A stretch of DNA of 64,000 bases from Hemiscyllium ocellatum (Eukaryota): NCBI RefSeq assembly GCF_020745735.1, contig NC_083415.1:8883731-8947730 (forward strand), in the 5' to 3' direction. Positions 62,801 to 64,000 of the stretch are shown here, one piece after another (positions within the stretch are counted from its first letter, which is position 1; each line of letters begins with the position of its first letter). A model generated the notes under the pieces. It saw only the letters and a program-made list of their open reading frames with translations, was not told the origin of the DNA and did no database searches. Position numbers and translations under genes: made by a program.

Positions 62801-63620
62801 GTTTCAGACTGCACTACTTTGTACCTTTTAACCTATGGGCTGCCAGAATTTCCTACACGTTAGTTTTAATAACAAATATTGTCTTGAAGTGTACGACTGT
62901 GGGGAGTTTTGCTGCTGTTGGCCGAAGGGTGAGAATTTCACTGTTTCCACTGTTTTGAATTTACTTTCTCTGAAATTGCTTAATCGCCCTGAACACCCTA
63001 TTGCTATTTGACATCTGTCATTTTGGCACGGTGAGGTGCTGGTTGCTGAAGGTTCTTTACAAGTTGCTATGTGATTGAGAGTATTTGTTGCTCTTAATAG
63101 ACCCACTTTAAGAGTTCTGCAGGCTGGGAGAGGAATCGTCCATGTGCAATTCAGAAGGGGAGAGAGATAATATTTCTTAAGAATTCCACTTTATGTTAAC
63201 ACTCCTGCGTTCCACAAGTTTTGTCTCTTGTTAAAAGTGCTGCTTTGTTCAATTTACCACCCTGCCCTGCACCCCCCCCTCCCATTTTCATTTCCTCTTA
63301 CACCCTCACTGCCATCCCCTGCACCCATTCTCTCTCTCTCTCTTTGGTGCTGTGTATAGCTTGAACATATTCGTACATCCTCCCCAGTGGTGAAAGAAGA
63401 ATTTGTATTATGGATATTGCATGTAGTTTAAAAAATAGTATTAACCAAATGAATGGAATCTTGTGAAACCTAACTTGCACCACCATTGCATGATGTTACA
63501 GTCAAGTTCTGTTCAGTCTAAAGTCGAGAATGGATTAAAGAGGACCATGAAAGGCATTATTACTTTGACAGGTTTATTTCCTGTATTGGTTTTACAATAA
63601 ACAGCTAAGCACTGTAAAAG
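59885..63620 (+). other. Putative long 3' UTR of the PMEPA1-like gene
   Basis: About 3.7 kb with no recognisable LINE or SINE, in a window otherwise dense with them. U-rich proximal block with miRNA seed matches. AATAAA at 60835-60840 and 63596-63601. Confidence 0.55.
63596..63601 (+). promoter_or_regulatory. Candidate distal polyadenylation signal AATAAA
   Basis: Canonical hexamer preceded by U-rich/TGTA sequence (ttcctgtattggtttt) and followed by GT/T-rich sequence. Confidence 0.45.
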
Positions 63621-64000
63621 ACAAGAGTTGCAACTCCTGCACTTTGTAACTGTGATTTTCCAGAGCTTGGAATGATGCTGGTTAAATTACATCAGAAATG
63701 TTTCCTTTAATTAAAAGGAGTGGTTAGTTCAGTGAGGAGGAATCCAGCTGCTGTCTGCATTATCCCGTCTGAGAATGGCTGATGAACGTAGTCTGGCCTT
63801 ATTGAAAGCCAAATAGTACATTGGCTTATGGCATCCCTAGCTCCAGGTTGGCAAATGGAATGGTTTGTTTAGTAGGAGTGTGATATGCACTGTAATAACT
63901 TTTCCTTCCCCCAAACAGCCGACCCTTTCAATCAATGAATAGCAATAGCTGAAAATGCAGTATTCAAGCCGTCAGTATTGAACCGTGTTGAATGCCCATG

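Overview
This is vertebrate genomic DNA from a cartilaginous fish, most likely a shark, judged from HE1-type V-SINEs, HER1/CR1 LINEs and Deu-domain SINE relics. It contains the 3' part of one + strand gene of the PMEPA1(TMEPAI)/LDLRAD4 family, best call PMEPA1. The exons are a 155-nt transmembrane exon (48726-48880), a short middle exon ending at 57699 whose expected acceptor reads TGG instead of AG, and a terminal exon (59339-59884) with PPPY, PPNR and PPTY motifs. A repeat-poor 3' UTR of about 3.7 kb follows. A candidate short first exon (A-GA-ATGG|gttagt, 23784-23787) lies beside a 184-N gap in a TE-poor, Smad-site-rich island. The rest is intron or upstream DNA full of nested retroelements. 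The most striking non-genic signal is at least two Penelope-like (GIY-YIG) families and their 100-200 bp terminal-repeat derivatives. They carry minimal hammerhead-ribozyme cores (CUGANGA-N-stem II-GAAA-CGUC), often as head-to-head inverted pairs with 12-15 bp target-site duplications and a roughly 30-36 nt tail on one arm only. Repeat boundaries were read by eye and are approximate unless a TSD or TIR is quoted. No database search was possible.
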